Source of the DNA: Vicinamibacteria bacterium
GTDB taxonomy: Bacteria; Acidobacteriota; Vicinamibacteria; Marinacidobacterales; Marinacidobacteraceae
Length of the DNA stretch: 64,000 nucleotides
Direction: 5' to 3'
Assembly: GCA_965232015.1 (NCBI GenBank)
Contig: OZ246946.1
Span: forward strand, 245,562-309,561
Part shown: piece by piece, positions 17,774-28,202 of the stretch
Layout: each line of letters starts with the position of its first letter
Numbering within the stretch: position 1 is the first letter of the stretch
Notes under the pieces: model-generated
Databases searched by the model: none
What the model was told of the DNA's origin: nothing
Seen by the model: only the letters and a program-made list of their open reading frames with translations
Program-made: the position numbers and the translations under genes

Positions 17774-18358
17774 CTACCAGACCGAGATGTCCACCCGGGC
17801 GTCCCGATCGCGAACCTCGACTTCCGCGCCTCGCGCGAACCGGATCACGGCGCTCGCGAGCGCGCGGCCGTCGCACCGCACCGTCGCCGAGGCGTGGTCT
17901 CGCTCGTCGTCGTCGGGCGCCGTTTCCGCGCACGCCTCGGCGGCGCGGGCGAGCGCCCGGATCGGGGCCCGCACCAAGACCCGCGCGTCGGAGCCCTCCT
18001 CCCGGATCCGGACGACGATGTCCTCCTGTTCCTTGGCCACCAGGACCAGCTCGTCGCCGTCCTCGACCCGGACCAGGACCGCCTCGTCCACGTCTTCGAG
18101 GCTGGTGAGAAGAGCTCCGAGGGCGAGGAGCGCGGGACCGGCGTCGCGGTCGAGGTCGGCGTGGGCCTCGTCGAACAGGCGCTCCGGGAGGAACTCGAGA
18201 GCCGCGAGGGGGATGAGCAGCGGAACCGGCGCGACGATCGTGGGGCCGTCGTCGCTGACCACCGAGACCACCGCCACGCCGCAGGCGGCGAGGCAGGCGC
18301 CGAACAGCAGGGCGGCGGCGAGCGCCGCGAGCGCGAGAAGACCGAGGAAGCGCACCAT
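17774..18358 (-). CDS. hypothetical protein with N-terminal TM anchor
   Basis: MVRFLGLLALAALAALLFGACLAACGVAVV followed by an acidic D/V-rich domain. Adjacent to the similar gene 18363..18944. Confidence 0.45.
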   Translation of the reverse strand: MVRFLGLLALAALAAALLFGACLAACGVAVVSVVSDDGPTIVAPVPLLIPLAALEFLPERLFDEAHADLDRDAGPALLALGALLTSLEDVDEAVLVRVEDGDELVLVAKEQEDIVVRIREEGSDARVLVRAPIRALARAAEACAETAPDDDERDHASATVRCDGRALASAVIRFARGAEVEVRDRDARVDISVW

Positions 18359-18362
18359 CGAA

Positions 18363-18944
18363 CTACTGCGGCCCGATCCAGACGCGGACCCGGCCGTCCC
18401 CGCCGTCCACGACCACGAGGTCGCCCTCGTGGTCGGCGAGTCGCCGGACGGCCCCGGCGAAGTCCACTTCCCCGTCGTCGTCCGCGAACAGCGCATCGCC
18501 GACCGCCGTCGGGAACCGGACGTTCAGCGAGCCGTCCTCGTCGGTCGTGGTGATCCGCACTTCGTCGCCGTCCATTCGGGCGCGCAGCCCGCCATCGTCG
18601 TCATCCATCGAAACCCACGCTCCCGGTTCATCGCGCAGCGCCTGCCACAGGGCGCGCAGTTCCTCGACCTCGAGATCCCTCTCCCGGGAGTGGTCGGCGT
18701 GCTCGATCGCGTTCGCGAAGGCCTCCCGTCCCATGCGGTCGGAGAGCGCTTCCACGGCGGCGAGGGGCAGATTCACCTCGACCCTGGCCCGGTCCGACTC
18801 GTCCTCGACCTGGACGTGGAGCCACGGGGCATCCGACTGACCGGCCGCCGAAGCGGCGGTGAACGCCAGCAGGCACGCGGCGACGGCGGCCGTCACGAAG
18901 CGCCGGGACCGCGCGTGGGATGGAATACGCAAGGTGTTGAACAT
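18363..18944 (-). CDS. hypothetical secreted protein
   Basis: Signal peptide MFNTLRIPSHARSRRFVTAAVAACLLAFTAASAAGQ, then an acidic domain. Its ATG overlaps head-to-head with the ATG of the divergent gene at 18943. Confidence 0.45.
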   Translation of the reverse strand: MFNTLRIPSHARSRRFVTAAVAACLLAFTAASAAGQSDAPWLHVQVEDESDRARVEVNLPLAAVEALSDRMGREAFANAIEHADHSRERDLEVEELRALWQALRDEPGAWVSMDDDDGGLRARMDGDEVRITTTDEDGSLNVRFPTAVGDALFADDDGEVDFAGAVRRLADHEGDLVVVDGGDGRVRVWIGPQ

Positions 18945-19857
18945 GTCTCCCCGTAACGCGGACGATTCCGGGCCGGTTCCGGTTGCGGGTCCGCCTGCGC
19001 CCCGTCCGCGGTCGCTGCTCTACGTTCCGGCGTCGAAACCGAGGATGGTGGCGAAGGCCGCATCCCGCGGCGCCGATGCGGTGATCCTCGATCTCGAGGA
19101 CGGCGTCCATCCGGCCTCCCGACCAGCGGCGCGGGCCGCGCTTCCGGAGGCCTGCGAAGTGTCGGCCGGTCTCGGCGCGCCGGTCGCGGTGCGCGTGAGC
19201 CCCGCCGGGACCAGCGATCGCGCTCGCGATCTGGAGGCGGTCGCCCACGCCGCGCCCGATGCGGCGCTTCTCGCCAAGGCGGAGACGGAGGAGGAGATCC
19301 GCGAGGCGCGGGCCGCGCTCGGGGACGGGATTCGGGTGTGGCTGATGATCGAGACCGCTCGCGGCGCGGCCGAGGTCTTCCGGTTGGCGCGGACGCCCGG
19401 TGTCAGCGGCCTGGTGTTCGGTTCCGCCGACTTCCGCCTGAGCATCGGAGGTTCCGGCCTGCCCGGGGAGCGCGACCTCGATTTCGTGAGGTCCCGGCTG
19501 GTGCTGGCGGCGCGGGCCGCGGGCGTTGCGGTGTGGGATGCGCCGTGGTTCGCGTTCCGGGATCTCGACGGCCTGCGGCGTAGCGCCCGGCGCGCCTTCG
19601 CGCTCGGCTTCGACGGCAAATCCGCGGTCCATCCGATGCAGATCGAACCGATCCACCGGGCGTTCGCGCCGTCGCCGGAGCAGCGGGCGTGGGCCGAGCG
19701 GGTGGTGCAGGCGGTCGAGGCGGCCGAGCGCCGGGGCGAGAGCGTGGTGGAACTGGACGGGCAGCTCGTGGAGGCGCTCCACCGGCGCGAGGCGCTTCGG
19801 CTGCTGCGCCTCGCGTCGTCCACGCCGAGGGCGGGGGTCAGTCCTTCGTCGCCCTGA
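18943..19857 (+). CDS. HpcH/HpaI aldolase / citrate lyase beta subunit (CitE)-like CoA-ester lyase
   Basis: SLLYVPASKPRMVAKAASRGADAVILDLEDGV, MIETARG, and DGK are CitE-family motifs. Confidence 0.8.
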   Translation: MSPRNADDSGPVPVAGPPAPRPRSLLYVPASKPRMVAKAASRGADAVILDLEDGVHPASRPAARAALPEACEVSAGLGAPVAVRVSPAGTSDRARDLEAVAHAAPDAALLAKAETEEEIREARAALGDGIRVWLMIETARGAAEVFRLARTPGVSGLVFGSADFRLSIGGSGLPGERDLDFVRSRLVLAARAAGVAVWDAPWFAFRDLDGLRRSARRAFALGFDGKSAVHPMQIEPIHRAFAPSPEQRAWAERVVQAVEAAERRGESVVELDGQLVEALHRREALRLLRLASSTPRAGVSPSSP

Positions 19858-21047
19858 CCGCCGCGACAACGCGGGCGAGCGCTTCCCCAGCGAGGTCGGA
19901 GAGCGCCATCCCATCGCCGCCCACGTTGCGCAGCAGGGCGACCGAGACGCCCGAGACCGGCTCGATCCACGCGGCCGCCCGGTAGCCAGCCACGCTCCCG
20001 CCGTGCCCGTAGGCGGTGAACGGCGCCCCGTCCGCGTCCACGAGTCGCCGGGTCTGGAAGCCGAAGCCGTAGCCGCTCGAGAGGTCTCCGGCGGCGAAGG
20101 CGCGGGTCAGGTTGTCCTGACGGACTCCACCGGGGAGCACGGCGTCGAACGGCGCCCCCTCGGCGCCCGTCAGGAAGCGCAGGAATCGGTCGAGATCGTT
20201 CACCGTGGAGTAGAGCGCGCCGTTCGGCACCTTGTAGCCGCGGCCCCGATGCTCCCGCGCCGGGGTGTCGAAGTCGAGTCCCTCCGGCGCTGCAGTGGCG
20301 CCGGCGGCGATCCGTTCCTCGACCGCCGGAACGGGGAGGAACACGGTCGAGTCCATGCCGAGGGGAGCGAGCAGGTGGGAGGCGACGTGGTCGAGGAACG
20401 GCTCGCCGGCGGCCGCTTCCACCGCGGCTCCGAGGACGGCGTAGCCGATGTTGGAGTACTGGTAGCGGGTGCCCGGCTCGTACTCGAAGGAGGTCTCCTC
20501 GAGCGCCCGAAACGCGACCACCTTCCACTCGGCCGGCGCGCCCACGAGGTAGTCGGGGAGGTTTTCCGGCTCGCGGGCGAGCCCGCCGGTCATGGTGGCG
20601 AGCTGGAACAGGGTGGGACCGGGCGTGTGGGCGAAGGGGTTGTCCACGCGGTCCAGCTCCGGGACGAGCGCGGCGACCGGATCCCCCAGCCGCGCCTTCC
20701 CCTCGTGGACGAGCCGCAGCATGGCCATCGCGGTCACCGGCTTCGTGATGGAGCCGATCCGGAACAGGTGGTCGGCCTCGACCGGCGTACTCCGCGCCTC
20801 GTCGGCAAAACCGAATCCCGCTGCGGCGAGCGCCGCGCCATCCCGAAAGACGCCGAACGACGCCCCTCCGCGCCCGTCCTCCTCCACGAGTCCCCGGATG
20901 TCCTCCGCCGCCTGGTGCGCGGCCTCCGCCGGGGTCTTGGGAACCCCGTCCGGCGGCTGCGCGCCACCGCAACCGGACGCAGCGATGGCGGCGGCGAGCA
21001 AACCGGCGCGGACGGGCATGCGGCGAACGGGAATCGGGAACGTCATG
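19838..21047 (-). CDS. serine hydrolase of the beta-lactamase/PBP family; lipoprotein
   Basis: SITK (S-x-x-K), YSN, and HGG motifs. Lipobox AASGC. Alternative start at 21019. Confidence 0.8.
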
Positions 21048-21068
21048 GCGCAGAAGTATGGAACGCTC

Positions 21069-21104
21069 CTGCCGGCGCGCCGGACTCCAGTCCGGCACCG
21101 AGAG
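21069..21104. repeat. single REP-like unit
   Basis: CTGCCGGCGCGCCGGACTCCAGTCCGGCACC. Confidence 0.8.
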
Positions 21105-21171
21105 ACGCTCCCAGCCCGTTCCTCCCCACCGGCCCGCCCTCGGTCCGCGGCCCCGAGTACTCTCCCGCCGC

Positions 21172-22080
21172 ATGCCGAGCGCCGCCCGGCCGCAGCCGGG
21201 GATCCTCGCCGACATTCCGCGGCTCGCCCGCTATCTCGTCTTCCGGCGTGCTCCGGGGACGGGCGGCGCCCGCGAGGCCCTCGAAGCCGTCGGCGAGCCG
21301 CCACCGGAGGCAGTCGGCGTGAAGCGCGTGGTCGGATTGGGGAGTTCGCTGGTCGCAGAGCTGGGCGGCTCCGTCCCCGGACTGCGCGATCTCCAGCCCG
21401 CCTCCGGTCCGGGCTTCACCGTCCCCTCGACTCCGGCGGCGCTGTGGGTCTGGCTGCGCGGCGATGACCGGGGCGATCTCTTCCACGAGACCCGCCGACT
21501 TGCCGGGCTGCTCGCCCCGGCATTTCGTCTGGACGACGTGGTGGACGCCTTCCGGTACCGGGGCGGGCTCGACCTGACCGGCTACGAGGACGGCACCGAG
21601 AACCCCACCGGAACCGCCGCCCGCGCCGCCGCGCTCGTCGCCGGCGCGGGACCCGGCCTCGACGGCTCCTCATTCGTCGCGGCGCAGGTCTGGGAGCACG
21701 ACCTCGAGCGCTTCGAGCGCTTCTCCGGCCCGGTCCAGGACCACATCATCGGCCGCCGCCGCAGCGACAACGCCGAGCTTCCCGACGGCCCCGACGCCGC
21801 GCATGTCCAGCGCACCGAGCAGGAGGCGTTCGATCCGCCGACGTTCCTGCTCCGGCGTTCCATGCCGTGGGCCGACGCGCGCCGCGCCGGGCTCGTCTTC
21901 GTCGCGTTCGTCCGCGAACTCGATGCCTTCGAGCGCCACCTCGACCGGATGGTTGGCAAGGACGACCGGGTCGTGGACCACCTCTTCCGCTTCACCCGCC
22001 CTCTGACCGGCGCCTTCTTCTGGTGTCCCCCCGTCCGCGACGGACGGCTGGACCTCACTGCGATCGACGGGGAGGCCTGA
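21172..22080 (+). CDS. Dyp-type peroxidase
   Basis: Fold and motifs include GYEDGTENP and FVAFVRELDAFE... Length about 300 aa. Confidence 0.8.
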   Translation: MPSAARPQPGILADIPRLARYLVFRRAPGTGGAREALEAVGEPPPEAVGVKRVVGLGSSLVAELGGSVPGLRDLQPASGPGFTVPSTPAALWVWLRGDDRGDLFHETRRLAGLLAPAFRLDDVVDAFRYRGGLDLTGYEDGTENPTGTAARAAALVAGAGPGLDGSSFVAAQVWEHDLERFERFSGPVQDHIIGRRRSDNAELPDGPDAAHVQRTEQEAFDPPTFLLRRSMPWADARRAGLVFVAFVRELDAFERHLDRMVGKDDRVVDHLFRFTRPLTGAFFWCPPVRDGRLDLTAIDGEA

Positions 22081-22084
22081 GGCG

Positions 22085-22858
22085 ATGTCCCCCGGACCCA
22101 TCGCCCGCAAGGCGACGCGGTTCTTGCTGCGGGCGGTGGTCCACGAGATCGGGTCGGCGGCCCGGGGCAAGCCAGCCAGTCGGCGCGAGACCCCATCCCG
22201 GCCGCGTCGCCTCGTCGCCGAGTTCCTCGGGACGGCCGGCCTCCTCGCCGTCATCATCGGCTCCGGCATCATGGCCGACACCCTCTCTGGAGGGAACGAC
22301 GGGGTCGCGCTGATCGGTTGCGTCGCCGCGATCGCCGCCGGACTGACCGTCCTGATCTGGATCTTCGGGCCGGTCTCGGGCTGCCACATCAACCCCGCGG
22401 TCACCCTCGCCTTCCGCCTCCGTGGAGAAATCGGGACCGGGGACGCCGGGCTCTACTGGCTCGCGCAGTTCGCCGGAGGGGTGACCGGCACCATCGCGGC
22501 GCACGCCATGTTTGACCAGCCGCTCCTCCAGGTCGCGACCACGGTCCGCACCGGCCCGGGGCAATGGCTCTCCGAACTCGTCGCCACCGGCGGCCTGCTG
22601 CTCGTGATCTTCGCCTGCGTCCGGGTGCGGAAGGAAGCGGTCGGGGTCGCGGTCGGCCTCTACATCTTCGCGGCCTGCTGGTTCACCGCCTCCACCTCGT
22701 TCGCGAACCCCGCGGTCACGCTGGCGAGGTCGTTCTCGGACACCTTCTGCGGCATCCGCCCCGCCGACGCGCCCGCCTTCATCGCCGTCGAGTTCCTCGC
22801 GGCCCTGATCGTGACCCCCTTCGCCGCCTGGCTCTACCGGGGAGACCCGGTGGAGTAG
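22085..22858 (+). CDS. MIP/aquaporin-family channel
   Basis: Two NPA boxes (HINPAVT, ANPAVT) and six TM helices. About 40-aa N-terminal extension before the first TM. Confidence 0.9.
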   Translation: MSPGPIARKATRFLLRAVVHEIGSAARGKPASRRETPSRPRRLVAEFLGTAGLLAVIIGSGIMADTLSGGNDGVALIGCVAAIAAGLTVLIWIFGPVSGCHINPAVTLAFRLRGEIGTGDAGLYWLAQFAGGVTGTIAAHAMFDQPLLQVATTVRTGPGQWLSELVATGGLLLVIFACVRVRKEAVGVAVGLYIFAACWFTASTSFANPAVTLARSFSDTFCGIRPADAPAFIAVEFLAALIVTPFAAWLYRGDPVE

Positions 22859-23165
22859 CGGCCCCAGATCGGAGTCCGTGCGACGGGTTTGTCACAGACG
22901 AGCCGGGGGACCTCCGGCCGCTCCCGGCTCCTCGTCGCGGAGGCGGTTTACCAGGTCCAGGTCGGGTGCCTGGAAGCCGGGAATGCCCACGGGCGGGGGA
23001 GGGAACACGGGAACGCCGTTTCGGAGCCTCGGTCGCTTCGGATGCGGCATCACAGAGGGGACGGACGATGTGCCGTGACTGGTGTTCGAGGTGCCCCTCT
23101 CCAGAGCGGAGTGTGCTGCGCCTTTTCTCCGAGTCGTGGTCCTGCGCAAGTTCATGCCCGGCACC

Positions 23166-23468
23166 CTACTCATCTCCGGGCGCACGAGTTCCGTCGGCGT
23201 TCACGGCGCCGGCCGATGAAAAGCGGCGATTCTCGTTCGCAGAAGGGGTCGGAGTCGCGGCGGCTGCCCCGGGGTTCGGGAGCGAGCCGCGCGCCTCGTG
23301 ACGGATCAGCTCCAGGCGGCCATCGGACCGCGCCTCGGCGAGAGCCTCGCGCGACGGAAACCAGACCTTCGGCTCACCGGGAGCGGGGGTGTGCTCCCCT
23401 CGCGCAATCGCCAGCGTGCGCGCCTTCATCTGGTCGTAGTCGGCGATGCCGATCTCAGGCGTCGTCAT
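23166..23468 (-). CDS. small hypothetical protein, possibly a truncated COG4190-like putative DNA-binding protein
   Basis: Strong RBS GAGGAGG. N-terminus MTTPEIGIADYDQMKARTLAIARGEHTPAPGEPKVWFPSREALAEA resembles small HTH regulators. The C-terminal 45 aa are low-complexity, so the HTH is probably lost. Confidence 0.4.
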   Translation of the reverse strand: MTTPEIGIADYDQMKARTLAIARGEHTPAPGEPKVWFPSREALAEARSDGRLELIRHEARGSLPNPGAAAATPTPSANENRRFSSAGAVNADGTRAPGDE

Positions 23469-23486
23469 GGGATTGATCCTCCTCGG

Positions 23487-24902
23487 TCAGCCGGGGCGGG
23501 CGGCCGGGGATTCGTCGGCGAGCAGGTGGGCGATCGTGTTGGCGTAGTAGTCGAGGAACTGGCGGCGGGCTTCGCGCACGTGGAGCCGTCCGTCCGTCCG
23601 AACCACGATCCGCCGTTGGAGGAGCAGGCGAATCCCGAGCTCCACCGCCGGTTCGCGGTCGGCCCGGGGGATGTCGAGGAAGCCCCGGAGCGCGGCGAGC
23701 TGATCCAGAATCCGCAGCGCCGCCTCGCGCGCGGCGGGCAGCGACAGCCCTTCGGGAGGGCCCTTCCGCAGGACGGCCGCGACCAGCGGCACCGGCAGCA
23801 CCGGCATGTTCTCCCCGATGCGGCGCATGAGGTCCCGGGCGAGCGTCTGGACCCGGGCGGAGCGGACCTCGGCGTCCACCGGCCCGGCGGGGAAGCCGTG
23901 CGCATCCAGCCACTGCCGCAGCGAGACGGGAGCGCCCACCCGCACGGTGGCGGCGCCGAACGGTCTCCACCGGTGGCGAAGGCGCAGCCCGATCTGCTGG
24001 GTCGCGAAACCGAGGCTGGCCCGCCATGACCGGAGACGGGTCGGACTCCAGCCCCGCGTCTTCAGGAACTGCAGGTTCGCGTCCTCCGGCACCCGGTCGT
24101 AGTTCGCCGCCACCGGAACGAAGGCGATGTCCCTCCCGCCGTCGGCCGCCAGCGAGCGGACCACGTACTCCAGCATTCCGAGGCGCGGCTCGCCGAGGCG
24201 CCCGTCGGCGGAGAGCCGTCCCTCGATGAAGAACGCCTGCGCCACCCCCGAGCGGACGGCCGCCCGCACCTGTCCGGCGAGCACCGCCCGGTAGAGCCGG
24301 TTCCGGGAACCCCGGCGCAGGAACGAACCGCCGAGAGCGCGCACGAAGGGCTCGAGCGGCCAGTAGCGGGCCCACTCCCCGACGACACACGACACGATGG
24401 CGTGGTCCGAGAGCGACGTGGCCGCGATCACGTAATCGAGGTTGCTCCGATGGTTCATCACGAACACCGGCGTCGTCCCGGCGAGCGCGCCACGGAACGC
24501 GCGTTCATCCCGGTACTCGACCTGGATCCGGAACCACCTGGCGAGGAACGACTTCATGGGCCCGCGAACCAGCCGCAGGTAGAGCCCGGCGTTCAGCGAC
24601 GGCGAGATCTCCATCGCGTAGCCGCGGGCCTCGGCGAACGCCTCCGCCTGCGACCGCCCGCTCTCGACCGCCGCCCGCAGGATGGCTTCCCGGACCCGGG
24701 AGTCGCCGAGGACCAGATCGCTGGCGGCGGCCCGGCCGAGCCGCTGGAACGCCGGGGGTGGCGCGGTGAGCTGCGCCTTCCGGAGAACTTCCGAGGTGAT
24801 GCGCGCCCGCCGACGCCTCGCGAGCGGCCGCAGCAGCAACCCGTAGGCGCAGCCGGCGACGAGCGCCCCGAGGACCAGGACCGGAATCGTCACCGGCGTC
24901 AC
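23487..24902 (-). CDS. glycerol-3-phosphate/1-acylglycerol-3-phosphate acyltransferase family (PlsB/GPAT-like)
   Basis: HX4D motif VMNHRSNLDY and an FIEGRLS block. GTG start. N-terminal TM helix. Confidence 0.75.
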   Translation of the reverse strand: MTPVTIPVLVLGALVAGCAYGLLLRPLARRRRARITSEVLRKAQLTAPPPAFQRLGRAAASDLVLGDSRVREAILRAAVESGRSQAEAFAEARGYAMEISPSLNAGLYLRLVRGPMKSFLARWFRIQVEYRDERAFRGALAGTTPVFVMNHRSNLDYVIAATSLSDHAIVSCVVGEWARYWPLEPFVRALGGSFLRRGSRNRLYRAVLAGQVRAAVRSGVAQAFFIEGRLSADGRLGEPRLGMLEYVVRSLAADGGRDIAFVPVAANYDRVPEDANLQFLKTRGWSPTRLRSWRASLGFATQQIGLRLRHRWRPFGAATVRVGAPVSLRQWLDAHGFPAGPVDAEVRSARVQTLARDLMRRIGENMPVLPVPLVAAVLRKGPPEGLSLPAAREAALRILDQLAALRGFLDIPRADREPAVELGIRLLLQRRIVVRTDGRLHVREARRQFLDYYANTIAHLLADESPAARPG

Positions 24903-24939
24903 CTGATCCTCCCGCTGGAGCTGCCGATCGGCGAGGCCC

Positions 24940-26709
24940 TCAGCCGAATGCCGGGATGCGGATCCCTTCGTCGAGCGTTTCGAGGAGCGCCGCCCGACGC
25001 TCGAGGAGCTCGTCGGCGAGGCGCTCCGCCGGGACCACCTCGGACTGCCGTTCCCCCCGGAGCCGCAGCTCGACGCCGCCGCGGGCGAGCGACCGGCGGG
25101 AGACGACGACCCGGAGCGGGATCCCGATCAGGTCGGCGTCGGCGAACTTCACTCCGGCGCGCTCGTCGCGGTCATCCATGAGGACATCGAGCCCGGCGGC
25201 CCGGAGCGAGCGGTAGATCGCTTCGGCGCGGCGCACCGACTCGTCCGCCGCTCCCGCCTTGCCGCCGAGCGGGAGGAGGTGGACATCGAACGGCGCGACG
25301 CTCATCGGCCAGACGAGGCCGTGCTCGTCGTGGTGCTCTTCGGCGATGCACGCGAGGAGGCGTCCAGAGCCGATCCCGTAGGAACCCATCCAGATCGGAC
25401 GCTCCTCGCCGCTCTCGTCGAGGAACGAGGCCCCGACCGCATCCCCGTAGCGGGTGCCGAGCTGGAAGATGTTGCCCACCTCGACGCCGCGGGAGGTCCG
25501 CATCGGCTCCCCGCAGTCCGGACAAGCGCACCCCTCGGCGGCGGCAGCGATGTCGGTGACCACGTCGGGCTCGTAGTCCCGCCCGGCGTTCACGTTCCGG
25601 AGGTGGAAACCCGCTTCGTTCGCTCCCGCCACGAGGTTGGGGGACGCCGGCACCGAGTCGTCGCACACGACCGTGACGTTGCGGAGCCCGATCGGCGAGG
25701 CGTAGCCGGCGACGGCGCCCGAAGCGCGGATCGCGTCGGCCTCGGCCGGCTGCAGCCAGGACGCCCCCACCGCGTTCGCCAGTTTCGTCTCGTTGACCTC
25801 CATGTCGCCGCGGATGACGGCGAGGATGAGCTGCTCGCGGGCGCCGCCCTCGAGTCCGGCGGTCAGGAACACCGCCTTCGCGGTCTTCGACTCGGGCACC
25901 GACAGGAACTCGCTCAGGTCGCGGATGGTCCGCGCGCCGGGCGTCGCCACTTTCTCGATGGGTCGGCGCTCCTCCGCTACCGCCGCCGGCTTCCGGAAGC
26001 GGGCGATCTGGCGATTCGCTGCGTAGCCGCACGCCCCGCACAGGACGAGAGTGTCCTCCCCGATCGGGGTCAGATACATGTACTCGTGGGCCTGCGAGCC
26101 GCCCATCATCCCCACGTCCGAGCCCACCGCGATCGTCGGGAGCCCGCACCGCCAGAAGATGCGGAAATAGGCCTCGTAGTGGTTCCGGTACTGGCGCGCC
26201 AGACCCTCGGCGTCACGGTCGAGGGTGTAGGAGTCCTTCATGGTGAACTCGCGCACCCGGATCAGTCCGGCGCGTGGCCGCGCGTCGTCCCGGAACTTGG
26301 TCTGGATGTGGTAAACGACCTGCGGGAGCTGTCGGTGGGAGCGGATCTCGGTGCGGCAGAGGTCGGCGACCACCTCCTCGTGCGTCATCGCGAGCACCAG
26401 GTCGCTGTTCCTGCGGTCCTTGAACCGCGCCATCTCCGGCCCGACCGCGTCGTAGCGTCCCGACCGTCGCCACACCTCGGCCGGATGGACGACCGGCATC
26501 GTCATCTCCTGGCCGCCGATCCGGTTCATCTCCTCGCGGAGGATGTCCTCGATCTTCGTGATCGCCCGGTGCGCGAGCGGCAGACAGGAATACAGGCCCT
26601 GCCCGAGCTGGCGGATGTAGCCGGCCCGCAGCAGGAGGCGGTGGCTCGCCGCCTCGACCCCGGCGGGGGCCTCGCGGAGGGTGACGCCGAACGCGGTGGA
26701 AAGACGCAT
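24940..26709 (-). CDS. proS: proline--tRNA ligase
   Basis: Class II aaRS motifs plus the bacterial INS editing domain. MRLSTAFGVTLREAPAGVEAASHRLLLRAGYIRQL. Confidence 0.9.
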   Translation of the reverse strand: MRLSTAFGVTLREAPAGVEAASHRLLLRAGYIRQLGQGLYSCLPLAHRAITKIEDILREEMNRIGGQEMTMPVVHPAEVWRRSGRYDAVGPEMARFKDRRNSDLVLAMTHEEVVADLCRTEIRSHRQLPQVVYHIQTKFRDDARPRAGLIRVREFTMKDSYTLDRDAEGLARQYRNHYEAYFRIFWRCGLPTIAVGSDVGMMGGSQAHEYMYLTPIGEDTLVLCGACGYAANRQIARFRKPAAVAEERRPIEKVATPGARTIRDLSEFLSVPESKTAKAVFLTAGLEGGAREQLILAVIRGDMEVNETKLANAVGASWLQPAEADAIRASGAVAGYASPIGLRNVTVVCDDSVPASPNLVAGANEAGFHLRNVNAGRDYEPDVVTDIAAAAEGCACPDCGEPMRTSRGVEVGNIFQLGTRYGDAVGASFLDESGEERPIWMGSYGIGSGRLLACIAEEHHDEHGLVWPMSVAPFDVHLLPLGGKAGAADESVRRAEAIYRSLRAAGLDVLMDDRDERAGVKFADADLIGIPLRVVVSRRSLARGGVELRLRGERQSEVVPAERLADELLERRAALLETLDEGIRIPAFG

Positions 26710-26789
26710 GGGGGCAGGAAGCCGCGCAGTGTACCGAGGCGTCGGCGCGCCGGACCGGGGCCCGAGCCGAGTGGAACCCGCGGGGCGCC

Positions 26790-28169
26790 TCAGGGCGCGA
26801 CGAGGGTCTCGGCCGGCGGCGCCGGCAACTCCATCGGGGCGGCGGAGGACCTCCGGGCCGGCATGCCGCGCAGGTACCGGAGCGCGTCGCCGAGCAGGAA
26901 GATGGAGCCGGCGACGACGACCTCTCCGTCCGGCCCGACCGCGTCGAAGGCGCGTTCGAGGGCCCGCCCCACCCCCTCCACGGCATCGGGCCCGGCGCCT
27001 TCCTCCCACGGGAAAGCGGCGGCGCGCTCGACGAGCCGTTCGAGCGGCAGCGCGCGCCGGGATGCTGCCGCTGTGAGGACGACCCGGTCGCAGTGCGGGA
27101 CGAGCTCGGGCAGCATCCCGGCGACTCGCTTGTCGCCGCTCGCTCCGAAGACGAGAACGCGGCCGCCGCGGCGCGGCATGGCGGCCAGGTAGGCGCCGAG
27201 CTCGGCGGCGCCGCTCGGGTTGTGGGCGGCGTCGAGCAGGATGGCCGGCCGGCCGGCTCCGGCGGGCAGCCACTCGAGTCGTCCCGGCCACCGGGCCTCC
27301 CGGATCCCCCGTCGAACCCGCTCCGGGTTGGGGGCCGGGTGCCCCAGCCGCGCGAACAGCCGCTCGGCGCCCCGGACCGCGAGCGCCAGGTTATCCACCT
27401 GGTGACGCCCCGGGAGCGGGAGCCACAGGTCGTCGTAGAGCCCTTCCGGCGTTCGGAGCCGTCCCCGCGAGCCCATCGGCAGGATCTCGAAGTCGGCCTC
27501 GGTCTCCTCCGGCACAGACCGGAATCGGGCGCCGCGGGTTCGCGCCTCGATTTTCAGGACCCGTTCCGCCCCGGGGGTCTGGCGCCCGGCGAGGAGCTCC
27601 CCGTCGGGGCGGGCGACCCCCGCCTTCTCCGCCGCGATCGCCTCGACGGTCGGCCCGAGATAGCGCTGGTGGTCGAGGGCGATCCGGGTCACGAGTCCGA
27701 GTGGCGCGTCGGTCGCGGTGGTGGCGTCCCACCGTCCGCCCATCCCCACCTCGAACACCGCGGCGTCCACCCGGTGGGCGGCGAAGGCGATCATCGCGGT
27801 GGCGGTGACCGACTCGAAGAAGGACGGCCGGAAGTCCGGCGACAGTCGGTCCGAGGCCGCCGCCACTTCGCCCACCAGCCCCGCGAACTCGTCCCGATCG
27901 AGCCGCCGCCCGTCCACGGTGACCCGCTCCTCGATCTCGACCAGGTGGGGAGAAGTGAACCGTCCGACCAAGAGCCCCTGCGCCCGCAGGATCGAATCGA
28001 GCAGCGCCGCGGTCGAGCCCTTGCCGTTCGTTCCGGCGATGATGACCGACGGGTAGCGCCGTTCCGGGTGTCCGAGCTCGGCGGCGACCCGGCGGATGTT
28101 CCGGGTTCCCACCTTGACCTGGAACCGCTCGCGTCCCCGCAGGAAGGCGAGCGCCGCTTCGGGAGTCAC
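26790..28169 (-). CDS. folC: bifunctional folylpolyglutamate synthase / dihydrofolate synthase
   Basis: Mur-ligase P-loop AGTNGKGST and FEVGMGGRWD. Lies in the accD-folC arrangement known from E. coli. Confidence 0.85.
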   Translation of the reverse strand: MTPEAALAFLRGRERFQVKVGTRNIRRVAAELGHPERRYPSVIIAGTNGKGSTAALLDSILRAQGLLVGRFTSPHLVEIEERVTVDGRRLDRDEFAGLVGEVAAASDRLSPDFRPSFFESVTATAMIAFAAHRVDAAVFEVGMGGRWDATTATDAPLGLVTRIALDHQRYLGPTVEAIAAEKAGVARPDGELLAGRQTPGAERVLKIEARTRGARFRSVPEETEADFEILPMGSRGRLRTPEGLYDDLWLPLPGRHQVDNLALAVRGAERLFARLGHPAPNPERVRRGIREARWPGRLEWLPAGAGRPAILLDAAHNPSGAAELGAYLAAMPRRGGRVLVFGASGDKRVAGMLPELVPHCDRVVLTAAASRRALPLERLVERAAAFPWEEGAGPDAVEGVGRALERAFDAVGPDGEVVVAGSIFLLGDALRYLRGMPARRSSAAPMELPAPPAETLVAP

Positions 28170-28202
28170 GGATCGGACGGGAGGCGGGCCGATCCGCCGG
28201 CG

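Noticed and set aside
17668-18108. Pro/Arg-rich plus-strand ORFs (17668..18108, 17753..18553, 17787..18956)
   Set aside because: Antisense to the two minus-strand hypothetical proteins, which have signal/TM features and start-stop adjacency. Composition is low-complexity.
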